Positions 36,221-46,566 of a stretch of DNA of 64,000 bases are shown piece after piece; position 1 is the stretch's first letter, and each line of letters starts with the position of its first letter. Source of the stretch: an uncultured Gemmatimonadaceae bacterium (GTDB lineage Bacteria; Gemmatimonadota; Gemmatimonadetes; Gemmatimonadales; Gemmatimonadaceae). Where the stretch lies: contig OY970320.1 of NCBI GenBank assembly GCA_963716745.1, positions 1,760,001 to 1,824,000 of the forward strand. The letters run 5' to 3'. The translations under genes were made by a program, and so were the position numbers. The notes beneath the pieces are model-generated. The model saw nothing but the letters and a program-made list of their open reading frames with translations, did no database searches and was not told the DNA's origin.

Positions 36221-37885
36221 ATGCCCGCACACCCCACGCCTCCCGCGGCGCCGCACGGCGCTCTCGCCGGCGTCCGCCATGTACCCGCCCCCGTGAACGA
36301 GCCGGTGAAGCACTACGCTTCCGGCTCGCCCGAGAAGGCCGAACTCAAGTCGCGTCTCGCGACGATGGCGGGCGAGAAGATCGAGATCCCCCTGGTCATT
36401 GGCGGCAAGGCGGTGCGCACCGGCACGACCGCGAAGGCCGTGATGCCGCACGATCACAAGCACGTGCTCGCCGAGTACCACATGGCGGGCCCGAAGCAGG
36501 TCGCGCAGGCCATCGCGGCATCGCGCGCCGCGTGGCACGACTGGTCCACCTGGACGTGGGAGGATCGCGCCGCGGTGTTCCTCAAGGCGGCGGAGCTGCT
36601 CACCACCACGTGGCGCTCCACCGTGAACGCCGCGACGATGCTCAATCAGTCGAAGACGGTGCATCAGGCGGAGATCGATTCCGCGTGCGAGCTCATCGAC
36701 TTCTGGCGATTCAATCCGCATTTCGCGCAGTCGCTGCTCGCCGAGCAGCCCATCAGTTCGCCGGGCGTCTGGAACCAGATGGAATACCGCCCGCTGGACG
36801 GATTCGTGTACGCCGTGACGCCGTTCAACTTCACGTCGATCGCGGGCAACCTGCCCACCGCGCCCGCGCTCATGGGCAACGTGGTGCTCTGGAAGCCGGC
36901 GTCGAGCGCGATGCTGAACGCGCACTACATCCTCAAGCTGCTCGAGGAGGCCGGCCTGCCGCCGGGCGTCATCAATCTGCTCCCGGGCAACGCCGCGCAG
37001 ATCTCCGACGCGGTGCTCGCGCACCCCGAGTTCGCCGGCGTGCATTTCACCGGCAGCACCGGCGTGTTCAACAGCATGTGGCAGAAGATGGGCGCGAACG
37101 TCTCGAGCTATCGCGGCTATCCGCGTATCGTGGGCGAAACAGGCGGCAAGGACTTCATCGTCGCGCATGCCAGCGCCGATCCCGAGGCGCTCGCGGTGGC
37201 GATCGTGCGCGGCGGCTTCGAGTATCAGGGACAGAAGTGCTCCGCCGCCAGCCGCGTGTACGTGCCGAATTCCCTCTGGGCCGACGTGCGCGACCGCGTC
37301 GTCGCGATGATCGAGAGCATCAAGATGGGCGACATCGCCGATTTCCGGAATTTCATGGGCGCCGTGATCGACGAGAAGGCGTTCACGAAGATCTCCGAGT
37401 ACATCGCCGACGCGAAGAAGAACGCGAAAGTGCTCGCCGGCGGCGGCGCGAAGGGGAACACCGGCTGGTTCATCGAACCCACGTTCGTCCAGACGAAGAA
37501 CCCCGGCTACCGCCTGCTGTGCGAGGAGATCTTCGGCCCCGTCGTCACGGCGTACGCCTATCCCGATGCGAAGTACGCGGAGACGCTCGAGATCATCGAT
37601 CGCACGTCGCCCTACGCGCTCACCGGCGCCGTGTTCGCGCAGGAGCGCGATGCCGCGCTCCAGGCGCAGACGGCGCTCCGCCACGCCGCGGGGAATTTCT
37701 ACATCAACGACAAGCCCACCGGCGCGGTAGTGGGCCAGCAGCCGTTCGGCGGCGCGCGCGCCTCGGGCACGAACGACAAGGCGGGCTCCAAGCTGAACCT
37801 CGTTCGCTGGGTGAGCGCCCGCACGATCAAGGAGACGTTCAGCCCGCCGCGCGATCATCGCTATCCATTCATGGACGAGAGATGA
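36221..37885 (+). CDS. pruA: L-glutamate gamma-semialdehyde (P5C) dehydrogenase
   Basis: QAEIDSACE, PFNFT, FTGST, GETGGKDF, FEYQGQKCSA, EEIFGP and NDKPTGAVVGQQPFGGARASGTNDK. Confidence 0.96.
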   Translation: MPAHPTPPAAPHGALAGVRHVPAPVNEPVKHYASGSPEKAELKSRLATMAGEKIEIPLVIGGKAVRTGTTAKAVMPHDHKHVLAEYHMAGPKQVAQAIAASRAAWHDWSTWTWEDRAAVFLKAAELLTTTWRSTVNAATMLNQSKTVHQAEIDSACELIDFWRFNPHFAQSLLAEQPISSPGVWNQMEYRPLDGFVYAVTPFNFTSIAGNLPTAPALMGNVVLWKPASSAMLNAHYILKLLEEAGLPPGVINLLPGNAAQISDAVLAHPEFAGVHFTGSTGVFNSMWQKMGANVSSYRGYPRIVGETGGKDFIVAHASADPEALAVAIVRGGFEYQGQKCSAASRVYVPNSLWADVRDRVVAMIESIKMGDIADFRNFMGAVIDEKAFTKISEYIADAKKNAKVLAGGGAKGNTGWFIEPTFVQTKNPGYRLLCEEIFGPVVTAYAYPDAKYAETLEIIDRTSPYALTGAVFAQERDAALQAQTALRHAAGNFYINDKPTGAVVGQQPFGGARASGTNDKAGSKLNLVRWVSARTIKETFSPPRDHRYPFMDER

Positions 37886-38799
37886 ACGGCACACGGCATC
37901 GGTACCTCACGCTCGACGTCTTCACGAACCGGCCGTTCTCGGGGAACCAGCTCGCGGTCTTCCCCGACGCGCGCGCCATCCCCGACGACCGGCTCGCCGA
38001 CATCGCGCGCGAGTTCAATCTCTCGGAGACGGTGTTCGTCTATCCGCCAACGGACCCCAAGCACACGCGGCGCCTGCGCATCTTCACGCCCGCCGAGGAG
38101 CTGCCGTTCGCGGGACACCCGACGGTCGGCACGGCGTACGCGCTCGCGGCCATCGGCGAGGTCAAGCTCACCGGCCGCGAGACGCGCATCATCTTCGAAG
38201 AGGGCGTTGGCCCCGTGCCGGTGATGATCCGCGGCGAAGGGAACGAACCCACCTTCGCGCAGCTCACGGCGGCCAAGCTCCCTGAGATCGGACCGCCCGC
38301 GCCCGGCCGCACGCATCTCGCCGAGATGCTCGCGCTCGACGCCGCGGACATCCTCGGCGGCATGTCGTCGCCACAGGCGGTGAGCTGCGGACTCCCATTC
38401 CTCTTCGTGCCGGTGCGGGATCGCGACGCGGTGCGCCGCGCGCGCGTGCGCATGGAGCACTGGGAAGCGACTCTGAAATCGTACTTCGCTCCGCAGCTGA
38501 TGGTCTTCTCGCGCGACGCCGAGCAGCCGGGCGTGGACATCCATGCGCGCGTCTTCGTGCCCGGCCTCGCGGTTCCCGAGGACCCCGCCACCGGTAGCGC
38601 GGCGGCGGCGTTGGGCGGTTATCTCGCGGCGCGTGAGACCGCGACCGACGCGACGCTCAAGTGGGTTGTTGAGCAAGGCATGGAGATGGGGCGGCCGAGC
38701 ATGCTGCACATCGAGGTGGACAAGACGGGCGGCGAGATCTCCGCCGTGCGCGTGGGCGGCGAGTGCGTGATCATGTCCGAGGGCGCGATCTCGGCGTAG
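37882..38799 (+). CDS. PhzF family epimerase/isomerase
   Basis: DVFT...GNQLAV, NLSETVF, RIFTP..ELPFAGHPT, EDPATGSA and EQG.EMGRPS. Confidence 0.93.
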   Translation: MNGTRHRYLTLDVFTNRPFSGNQLAVFPDARAIPDDRLADIAREFNLSETVFVYPPTDPKHTRRLRIFTPAEELPFAGHPTVGTAYALAAIGEVKLTGRETRIIFEEGVGPVPVMIRGEGNEPTFAQLTAAKLPEIGPPAPGRTHLAEMLALDAADILGGMSSPQAVSCGLPFLFVPVRDRDAVRRARVRMEHWEATLKSYFAPQLMVFSRDAEQPGVDIHARVFVPGLAVPEDPATGSAAAALGGYLAARETATDATLKWVVEQGMEMGRPSMLHIEVDKTGGEISAVRVGGECVIMSEGAISA

Positions 38800-38813
38800 C
38801 GCGCCGGCAGGCG

Positions 38814-40067
38814 CTACGGCTTGGCCAGTTCGCCCGTGCGCGTAAGCACGAACGCGCGCATGTTCGCGTTCCAGATCGTCACGCGATCGCGTCCGCTCTC
38901 CTTTGCGGCGTAGAGCGCTTCGTCGGCGCGCGAATGCAGATCGTGCGCGACATCCTCATCCATAACGCGGTCGGCGACGAGCCCGATGCTCACCGTGACC
39001 GGCACGCGCCCGCGCACCGTGGGGAACTCGTGTGCGCGCACCATCTCGCGGATGCGCGAAGCGAGGCGGAACGCGCCCGCCGCGCCCGTCTCGGGCAGGA
39101 GCAGCGTGAACTCATCACCGCCGGTGCGCGCCACGACGTCGCCGCCGCGTTTGAGCTGGCGGAGGAGTTCGCCGATCTCCTTGATCACGCCGTCGCCCGC
39201 GAGATGGCCCAGCGTATCGTTGATCGTCTTGAAGTGGTCCACGTCCATGGCGACGAGCGCGAGCTCCTTGCCGCTGCGCACGCCACGCGCGATCTCGCGC
39301 GCGAGGTCGCGCTCGAGGCCGCGCCGGTTGAGCAGTCCGCTCAACGGATCCGTGAGCACGAGATTGCCGAGCTGCGCGCGCACGCGATTGTACGCGCTGC
39401 CCACCATCGTCACGCTGTCGGGCGGTTGGTCGAGCCGCACCGGGAATTCCGCGGTGAAATCGCCCTGCTCCGTGCGCGTGAACAGCTCTACGATCTCGGC
39501 GAGCCGCTCCTTGTAGCTCCCGTACAACACCACGAACACCGCGCCGGCGAAGGCGAACACCGCGAGCGACATCAGCTCGCCCGACCACTCGAGCGTGCGG
39601 CCAATGCCGGTCACGGGCGCAATGAGGATCAGGTACGAGACGATGATCGCCGCGAGCGCGCCCTGAGCATAGCGGCGGCCGAAGTAGAATTCCGTGAAGT
39701 GCAGCACGACGAACCCAAGGATGAGCGCCTGTGCATAGTCGCCGGGCGGCGTGCTCACATACGTCACCTCGAAGATCGCGAACAGGTCCGTGCCGATCGC
39801 GAGCCACACCCAGAGCGGGCCGGCGCGCCGCGAGCGATTGATGAGGTACGCGATGAGCAGCGTGGCGACGAAGTACACGAGAAGAACGCCGAGGCCGCGC
39901 TTCGCGGCCTCGGTCGCATGGTCGCCGACCATACGGCCGAGGATGAGGAGCGCGCCAATGAGTGCGGCGCTGAGGCGCGCACGCATCTGCCAGAGCAGCA
40001 CCTCCGCGGTGGCCTGCTCTGTGGATGAATTGCGCGGCGCGCGCGCCGGTTTAATGGGCCCAGTCAT
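38814..40067 (-). CDS. Membrane-bound diguanylate cyclase (GGDEF)
   Basis: N-terminal TMs, a HAMP-like linker, TDPLSGLLNRR, DVDHFK.IND..GH..GD and an intact GGDEF. Confidence 0.93.
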   Translation of the reverse strand: MTGPIKPARAPRNSSTEQATAEVLLWQMRARLSAALIGALLILGRMVGDHATEAAKRGLGVLLVYFVATLLIAYLINRSRRAGPLWVWLAIGTDLFAIFEVTYVSTPPGDYAQALILGFVVLHFTEFYFGRRYAQGALAAIIVSYLILIAPVTGIGRTLEWSGELMSLAVFAFAGAVFVVLYGSYKERLAEIVELFTRTEQGDFTAEFPVRLDQPPDSVTMVGSAYNRVRAQLGNLVLTDPLSGLLNRRGLERDLAREIARGVRSGKELALVAMDVDHFKTINDTLGHLAGDGVIKEIGELLRQLKRGGDVVARTGGDEFTLLLPETGAAGAFRLASRIREMVRAHEFPTVRGRVPVTVSIGLVADRVMDEDVAHDLHSRADEALYAAKESGRDRVTIWNANMRAFVLTRTGELAKP

Positions 40068-40151
40068 ACGGATGTCAGACGACCGGCGGTAGCCCACGCC
40101 ACGAAGCAGCAGCCTGCGACCGCCGACAGCCGAAAGTCCGTCGTTAGGTCG

Positions 40152-40526
40152 CTACGCCAGTTGGCTTGTGCAGTGCGAGCAGCGCGTGGCCGCGAGGTCG
40201 ATCTCCTTCTTGCAATACGGGCAGACCTTGGTGGCCGCGGCGGGCGCCGGCATGACGATCTTGCTGATGCGCCAGACGACGAAGGCGATGATCACGAAGT
40301 TGAGCAGCGAGCTCAACAGGTCGCCGAGGAGGAAATTCACCGGCCCGATGGGCAGCTTCATCGTCTCCCACGACTCCTTCGAAGGCGTGATCTGCGAGAC
40401 GACGGGCATGATGATGTCGTTCACCAATGCCTGCACCACTTTGTTCAGTGCGGCGCCGATGACCACGGCCAACGCCAGCCCGATGGCGTTCTGCTTGATC
40501 AGGTACTCCCTGAAATCTTTCAACAT
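40152..40526 (-). CDS. mscL: Large-conductance mechanosensitive channel with C-terminal zinc ribbon
   Basis: MLKDFREYL..QNAIGLALAVVIGAA...LVNDIIMP...G.....LNFVIIAF, then CPYC-x10-CSHC. Confidence 0.88.
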   Translation of the reverse strand: MLKDFREYLIKQNAIGLALAVVIGAALNKVVQALVNDIIMPVVSQITPSKESWETMKLPIGPVNFLLGDLLSSLLNFVIIAFVVWRISKIVMPAPAAATKVCPYCKKEIDLAATRCSHCTSQLA

Positions 40527-40579
40527 GGCGGCGTTCTCCGTTCCAATGGGTTCGCGCTTCCCGTGCGCGCCCAAACTTA

Positions 40580-43027
40580 CTAGAAACGCGCGCTCGTGGA
40601 GAAGTCGAGGATGAATCCGCCGGTCGGCTGCACGGCATGCGCGAGGTCCATCCGGAACAGTCCGTCCATGAACGACAGCCCCACTCCGACGCCGCTCGTC
40701 GGGATGCCGATGTGCCGCCAATCGTTCCGGTCGCCCGCCCATCCGATGTCGAAGAACAGCGTCGGCCGCACCGCCACGAAGCTCGAGCCGAGCTCGGCGT
40801 GTCCGAGCCAGTACGCATCGCCGGCGACGGTTCCCGGCTGTTGGCCGCGAATGGTCCACGCGCCGCCCAGGAACCAGTCGCGCTGCGGCGGCAGGTCGCC
40901 GAACGATGTGCCCGCGCCGGCGCCGAGCTGCCAATCGAGATACTTGCCGAGCCCATGGCCGACGGTCCCGTCCAGCGCGACGCGTCCGTACTGGAAGGTG
41001 CCGAGTCCCCCTTCGGCACGCGCATCGTAGGATTCGCGCCAGCCATGCGGGTCGAGTCCGATCTGGTCGCGCAGCCGCACCTGCGCGCCGAAGGCGTTCG
41101 TCATCGGCGTCTCGACGTTGTAACTGAAGTCGTGGCCGTTGATCCAATTCGGGATCGAGACGTTCGTGGCGACCGGCGCGTTGGTCTGTTGCTCGGCGAA
41201 CACGCGCCACGTGAAGCCGTCGCTGCTCAGCGGTTTGGATGTGAGCTCGCCGCCCCAGGCTTTGTAGTAGAAGCCAAGGTCCTGTCCGAGAATGAACGCG
41301 TTCAACGACGCGCGGAAGGTGAGCGGATCGCCCCAGTCGTTCGCGGAATTGAGGCGGTTATAAAGGCCCACATCGTAGGTACGGTATCCATCGCTTCGGC
41401 TGAAGTGCGCCTCGCCCCAGAGATACGGGCCGCCGGTGGATACGCGCGCTTCGAGCGATCCGGTGTATCCACTGCCGAAATCGCGCGAGACCTGCGCACC
41501 GGCATCGAGCGCGTCCACGCGGTTGTATCGGATGAGCGAGTTCTCAATGCCGTAGTGCCATTCGTACGGCTGCGGGTCCCAGCCGGGCTGCAAACCGATG
41601 GTGAGTTCCTTCACGAGCTGGTCGCGCTCCTTGAGATCGAAGAGCTGTTCGCCGTTGTCGTAGATCGACGGCGGCAGTTCGGCGGAATGGAGGAGCGCGG
41701 TGGTATCGCATGGCACCACGATGCGGATCGGGACGGTGCCATCGTAGCGGAAGCTCTTCGTGATCGTGGTGTCCTTTCCGGAGCAATGGAAGCCCTGGAA
41801 ATCGGGATCGTCGTCGATCCCGTTGCCGCGGCGGCGGACGACCACGCGCCGGCCATCCTTCGTCGTGATCGAGTCCTCATGGCGCTCCACGGCGCGAACG
41901 CTGTCGCGCCGCGCCATGTGCGCCGCGTGGATGCTGTCTTGCCGCGCCTTGTACAACGAGTCGCCGGGCAGATGGCGCAGCGAATCATCGAGCGATGCGA
42001 AGAGCCGCGGGATCGTATCCGTGCCATTCACGCTCGCGTAGGAGAAGCTCTGCTCCATGGAGAACGGCACGCGCATGAAGCCGACGCGCGCGCGGCCCTC
42101 CACCGTCTGCACGCGCGGCATCCACCAGCGCTGCTCGTGCAGGCCGTATTCCACCGTGAAGGCGGCGACGTTCAGTTCCATCGGGAAGATGATGGGCTTC
42201 ACGGCGGCCGGCACGTCGTCGAAGGCGTGCGGATCCTCCTCGAGCACGAACTTCACGATGTCGAAGGGCGCTGCTGGGCGGAACGCGCCTCGCACCAGAT
42301 GGCCGGTGGAGACATCGAACCAGAGCGAGCCGACGATGAACTGCGCGTCGGGCTTGCGCGCCTGCACTTCGACCGCACGCAGCCGGATCGTCTTGCCATC
42401 GGGAAGCCGAAAGGTGATCGAGTCGGCGGTGCGGAACGTGTAGTACGCTTCCGCGCCGCGGTCGAGCGGATGCAGGAAGATCCCCTCGACGGTCTTGTCC
42501 GCCCGCTTCGCCCCCTCGAACGACGGCAATTGTTCCCGCCCGGGGAAATACGGCACCGGGTCCATCTCGAGGAAATCCTCGAGCACGCGCGGACCCGAGA
42601 AGAACATCGGGAACACCGTGCGCGCGCCGAGCAGGTCGATGAGCACGCCACGCCCGCGCTGCCAGCGCACGCGCGACGCCGTCTCGCTGCGGAGCAGGAG
42701 TTTCTCGGGTCCGCCGGCGCTCAAGCTCATGCCGGCCGTGATGCGCTCGCGCGCCGTGGCGTCGTAGGAAGTCAGCGTGGAATCCTGTTCCAATCGCGCC
42801 ACACGCGCGCGCGCGATGAGTTCGCGCGCCTGCGGGTCCTTGTAGGCGGTCGCCATCATCTCCGGCGTGACCACCACATCGTGCATCGCGCGCATCTTGG
42901 CGCGGCGCACGGAGTCGCGCATCGCCTCCATGTGATGCGTGGAGTCGCGGCTCACTCTCTCCGTGTCGGGCGACACGGAGATGATAGGCTGCTGCAATAA
43001 GACGAGCGCGGACAGAAGAGTGATCAT
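40580..43027 (-). CDS. Hypothetical outer-membrane protein with C-terminal beta-barrel (surface-antigen-like)
   Basis: Signal peptide, RYNRVD, FLGG..TIRG, FFDIGWA, GVGLSF and a terminal Phe (ARF). Confidence 0.75.
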   Translation of the reverse strand: MITLLSALVLLQQPIISVSPDTERVSRDSTHHMEAMRDSVRRAKMRAMHDVVVTPEMMATAYKDPQARELIARARVARLEQDSTLTSYDATARERITAGMSLSAGGPEKLLLRSETASRVRWQRGRGVLIDLLGARTVFPMFFSGPRVLEDFLEMDPVPYFPGREQLPSFEGAKRADKTVEGIFLHPLDRGAEAYYTFRTADSITFRLPDGKTIRLRAVEVQARKPDAQFIVGSLWFDVSTGHLVRGAFRPAAPFDIVKFVLEEDPHAFDDVPAAVKPIIFPMELNVAAFTVEYGLHEQRWWMPRVQTVEGRARVGFMRVPFSMEQSFSYASVNGTDTIPRLFASLDDSLRHLPGDSLYKARQDSIHAAHMARRDSVRAVERHEDSITTKDGRRVVVRRRGNGIDDDPDFQGFHCSGKDTTITKSFRYDGTVPIRIVVPCDTTALLHSAELPPSIYDNGEQLFDLKERDQLVKELTIGLQPGWDPQPYEWHYGIENSLIRYNRVDALDAGAQVSRDFGSGYTGSLEARVSTGGPYLWGEAHFSRSDGYRTYDVGLYNRLNSANDWGDPLTFRASLNAFILGQDLGFYYKAWGGELTSKPLSSDGFTWRVFAEQQTNAPVATNVSIPNWINGHDFSYNVETPMTNAFGAQVRLRDQIGLDPHGWRESYDARAEGGLGTFQYGRVALDGTVGHGLGKYLDWQLGAGAGTSFGDLPPQRDWFLGGAWTIRGQQPGTVAGDAYWLGHAELGSSFVAVRPTLFFDIGWAGDRNDWRHIGIPTSGVGVGLSFMDGLFRMDLAHAVQPTGGFILDFSTSARF

Positions 43028-43166
43028 GTCGCTCTGAAGTGTGTGCGGGACCCTACGCCGCGCGTAGAGAGCGGGTTTCGCCCGCGGGGGATTGCGCGCG
43101 CTGCGGCGCGCGCCTCATTTATCGTCTCGCTCGCGCGCACGCATTCCCCACACCCGGCCTCTCATC

Positions 43167-44576
43167 ATGCGCTCTGCCCTCTCCGTTCTCGCTCTCACCG
43201 TGTTCGCCGCGTCCGCCGCGGCGCAGGCCGCGCCGCCGCGCCCCGTCGATTGGGATGCGACCTCCAAGGAAGCGGTGAACACGCTCGCCAACTATCTGCA
43301 GCTGAACACGACGAACCCGCCCGGCAACGAGATGCGCACGATCAATTTCCTCAAGGACATCCTCCAAGCGGAAGGCTTCACGGTGCAGGTGCTCGATACC
43401 GCGGCGTCGGAGCTCGGGCCCACGCGCGGCAATATCTACGCGCGGCTCAAGGGGAACGGCTCGAAGAAGGCCATCGCGTTGGTCGGCCACATGGATGTCG
43501 TACCCGCCGTGGCGAGCTATTGGACGGTGGACCCCTTCTCCGGCGCGATCAAGGATGGCTACATCTGGGGCCGCGGCGCGCTCGACATGAAGGGCCAGAC
43601 GATCGCGCAGCTCTACGCGATGCTGGCGCTCAAGCGCAGCGGCGCGCTCCTCAACCGCGACATCGTCTTCATCGGCAACAGCGACGAAGAACTCGGCGGT
43701 CTCGGCGCGCTGACCTTCGTGAAGAACCATCGCGACCTGCTCAGAGACGTCGAGTATCTCATCACCGAAGGCGGCGGCAATCCGCTCAAGGACGGCGTGC
43801 TCGAATACTACGGCGTGAGCGTCTCCGAGAAGCGCCCCTTCTGGCAGAAGCTCACGGTGCACGGTGTCGCGAGTCACGGCTCGCGGCCCACGAAGCAGAA
43901 CCCGGTGCCGAAGCTCGTGGCCGCGCTCGACAAGATCGCGAATTATGAGACGCCGCTCCGCGTGACGCCCGGCGTGCAGAAGTTCATGCAGGACCTCTCG
44001 GTGCAGTTCACCGGACAGCAGCGCGCGTGGCTGGCCGATGCGGCGGCCGCGGTGAAGACGCCCGGCGGCCGCGAGTTCCTCACGAGCAACAGCGCGTGGA
44101 ACGCGATCATCCGGAACACGATCTCGCTCACCGTGCTCACCGGTTCGAACAAGACGAACGTCATCCCGCCTGAAGCGTCGGCTGAGCTCGACATCCGCCT
44201 GCTGCCCGACCAGGACCCGGCGCAGTTCCTCGCCGAGCTCAAGAACATCGTGAACGACACCGCGGTGCACTTCGAGCAAATGCTGCAGCTCAAGCCGCCG
44301 CTCGAGAGCCCGATCGCCACGGATCTCTACAAGGCGATCGAGCGCGCGGCGCACGATCGCGACCCGAAGGCGCTCGTGACCACCACGATGCTCGCGGGCG
44401 CCACCGACCGGCCCGCGTATCGTGAGGCCGGCATCATCACATATGGATTCAGCCCGTTCAAAGTGGAGATCGCCGATGCGCAGAAAGGCGTGCATGGCAA
44501 CGACGAGCGCCTCTCGGTGGCCAACGTCGGATTCGGCGTGAAGTTCCTGTACGACATCATCCTCTACACACAATGA
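43167..44576 (+). CDS. M20/M25/M40 family metallopeptidase, secreted
   Basis: NTTNPPGNE, GHMDVVP, WGRGALDMKG, DEE, TEGG, SHGS, NVIP, GATD and HGNDER. Confidence 0.93.
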   Translation: MRSALSVLALTVFAASAAAQAAPPRPVDWDATSKEAVNTLANYLQLNTTNPPGNEMRTINFLKDILQAEGFTVQVLDTAASELGPTRGNIYARLKGNGSKKAIALVGHMDVVPAVASYWTVDPFSGAIKDGYIWGRGALDMKGQTIAQLYAMLALKRSGALLNRDIVFIGNSDEELGGLGALTFVKNHRDLLRDVEYLITEGGGNPLKDGVLEYYGVSVSEKRPFWQKLTVHGVASHGSRPTKQNPVPKLVAALDKIANYETPLRVTPGVQKFMQDLSVQFTGQQRAWLADAAAAVKTPGGREFLTSNSAWNAIIRNTISLTVLTGSNKTNVIPPEASAELDIRLLPDQDPAQFLAELKNIVNDTAVHFEQMLQLKPPLESPIATDLYKAIERAAHDRDPKALVTTTMLAGATDRPAYREAGIITYGFSPFKVEIADAQKGVHGNDERLSVANVGFGVKFLYDIILYTQ

Positions 44577-45493
44577 GCGCGCTCGCCCTGCGCGCGCTCA
44601 AGAAGAGCTTCGGCGATGTCGTCGCGGTGGACGGCATCGACCTCGAGGTACGCGCGGGCGAATGCTTCGGACTGCTCGGCCCCAACGGCGCGGGGAAGAC
44701 CACCACGATCGAGATCTGCGAGGGGCTCACCGCGCCCGACAGCGGCGATGTGGAACTGCTCGGCCGGCGGTGGAGCGGCGACGAACAGGAACTGCGCGAG
44801 CGGCTCGGCATCCAGCTGCAGGACACGCAGCTCTCCGAGAAGATCACCGTGCGCGAGACGCTCGACCTGTTCCGCAGCTTCTACCGCCAGGCGCGCGATG
44901 TGGATGACGTCATCGCCATGGTGCAGCTCGAGGAGAAGCGCGACGCGCGCGTCGGCACGCTGTCCGGCGGGCAGAAGCAGCGCCTCGCGCTCGCGTGCGC
45001 GCTCGTGGGCGACCCGGAACTGCTCTTCCTCGACGAGCCCACCACCGGCCTCGATCCGCAGGCGCGGCGCCAGCTCTGGGAATTGATCGACCGTTTCCGC
45101 GCCGATGGCCGCACGACGCTCCTCACCACGCACTACATGGACGAGGCCGAGCGCCTGTGCGACCGCGTCGCGATCATGGACCACGGCAAGGTCATCGCGC
45201 TCGGCACGCCGAGCGCGCTGATCGCGGAGATCATCGCCGAACACTTGGTGGAGTTCTCACTCGGGAGCGGCGCGGTGGACGAGGCGTCGCTGCGTGCGCT
45301 GCCCGGCGTGAGTGCGGTGCGCGAGTCGGGCGGCGGTTGGCAACTGGAGGTCGCGGAGTTGCACCGCGCGGTGCCGGCGCTGCTCGCCGAGCTCGCCCGG
45401 CAGCACTTGGCGCTCACCGAACTGCGCACGCACTCGGCGACGCTCGAGGACGTGTTCGTGAAGCTCACCGGGAGGCATCTCCGCGATGAATGA
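44573..45493 (+). CDS. ABC-2 exporter ATP-binding subunit
   Basis: GPNGAGKT, LSGGQ, LDEPTTGLDP and TTHYMDEAE. Confidence 0.93.
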   Translation: MSALALRALKKSFGDVVAVDGIDLEVRAGECFGLLGPNGAGKTTTIEICEGLTAPDSGDVELLGRRWSGDEQELRERLGIQLQDTQLSEKITVRETLDLFRSFYRQARDVDDVIAMVQLEEKRDARVGTLSGGQKQRLALACALVGDPELLFLDEPTTGLDPQARRQLWELIDRFRADGRTTLLTTHYMDEAERLCDRVAIMDHGKVIALGTPSALIAEIIAEHLVEFSLGSGAVDEASLRALPGVSAVRESGGGWQLEVAELHRAVPALLAELARQHLALTELRTHSATLEDVFVKLTGRHLRDE

Positions 45494-46559
45494 CGCGCGT
45501 CCACCGCGCGCGCGGCGATGGTTCGAGCGGCCGCTCGCGCAGCTGACGCTCATTCGCTACCGCGAATTCCTGCGCGAGCCGGAGGCGGTGTTCTGGGTGT
45601 TCGTCTTCCCGGTGCTGCTCGCGACCGGACTGGGCATCGCGTTCCGGAACACTCCGCAGGAGGCGGTGAAGGTCGGGGTCGTCGCGAGCGCCCCGGGCGC
45701 TGCCGCGGTCATGGCGGCGCTCAGGACCGAGAAGGCGCTCGCACCCGTGCTGCTCGACGACAGCGCCGCCACGCGCGATCTCAGTACCGGCGCCGTCGCG
45801 CTGCTCATCACGCCGTCGAGCGCGACGGAGGCGGCGTACCGCTACGACGACACGCGCCCCGAATCGCGCACCGCGCGGCTGCTCGTGGACAACGCCCTGC
45901 AGCGCGCCGCCGGACGCACCGAGCCCGTAGCGATCCGCGATGAGACCGTGCATGAAGTCGGCTCGCGATACATCGACTTCGTGATCCCCGGCCTACTCGG
46001 GATGAACCTCATGGGCAGCGGCGTGTGGGGCGTTGCTTTCGCGATCGTGGACGCGCGCAAGAAGAAGCTGCTCAAGCGGCTCATCGCCACGCCAATGTCC
46101 CGCTGGCAGTATCTCGCGAGCTTCCTCCTCTCGCGGCTCACGTTCCTCGTGCTCGAGGTCGTGTCGCTGCTTGGGTTCGCCCGCCTGGTGTTCGGCGTGC
46201 CGATCCGCGGGTCTTATGTGCAGCTCATCTCGATCTGCCTGTTGTCCGCGTTCGCGTTCAGTTCGCTCGGCCTGCTGGTCGCCTCGCGCGTGCGCACGAT
46301 CGAGGGCGTGTCGGGCCTCTCGAATCTCATCATGCTGCCAATGTGGGTGTTCTCCGGCATCTTCTTCTCCTGGACGCGCTACCCGGTGGCGATGCAGCCG
46401 TTCATTCGCGCATTGCCGCTCACCGCCGCGAACGACGCCCTGCGCGCGACCATGCTGCAGGGCGTCGGCTGGAATTCCGCTCTGCCACAGTTCGCGATAC
46501 TTGGTGCGTGGCTCGTTGTCTGCTTCGTGACCGCACTCAAGCTGTTCCGGTGGAAGTAG
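45486..46559 (+). CDS. ABC-2 exporter permease
   Basis: REP..VFW..VFP, YIDFVIPGLLG, LKRLIATP and LFRW. Confidence 0.9.
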   Translation: MNDARPPRARRWFERPLAQLTLIRYREFLREPEAVFWVFVFPVLLATGLGIAFRNTPQEAVKVGVVASAPGAAAVMAALRTEKALAPVLLDDSAATRDLSTGAVALLITPSSATEAAYRYDDTRPESRTARLLVDNALQRAAGRTEPVAIRDETVHEVGSRYIDFVIPGLLGMNLMGSGVWGVAFAIVDARKKKLLKRLIATPMSRWQYLASFLLSRLTFLVLEVVSLLGFARLVFGVPIRGSYVQLISICLLSAFAFSSLGLLVASRVRTIEGVSGLSNLIMLPMWVFSGIFFSWTRYPVAMQPFIRALPLTAANDALRATMLQGVGWNSALPQFAILGAWLVVCFVTALKLFRWK

Positions 46560-46566
46560 TTTCTTG

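Noticed and set aside
40152..41210. 352-aa extended MscL ORF
   Set aside because: The upstream part overlaps the OMP gene in another frame. MscL homology starts at ATG 40526.
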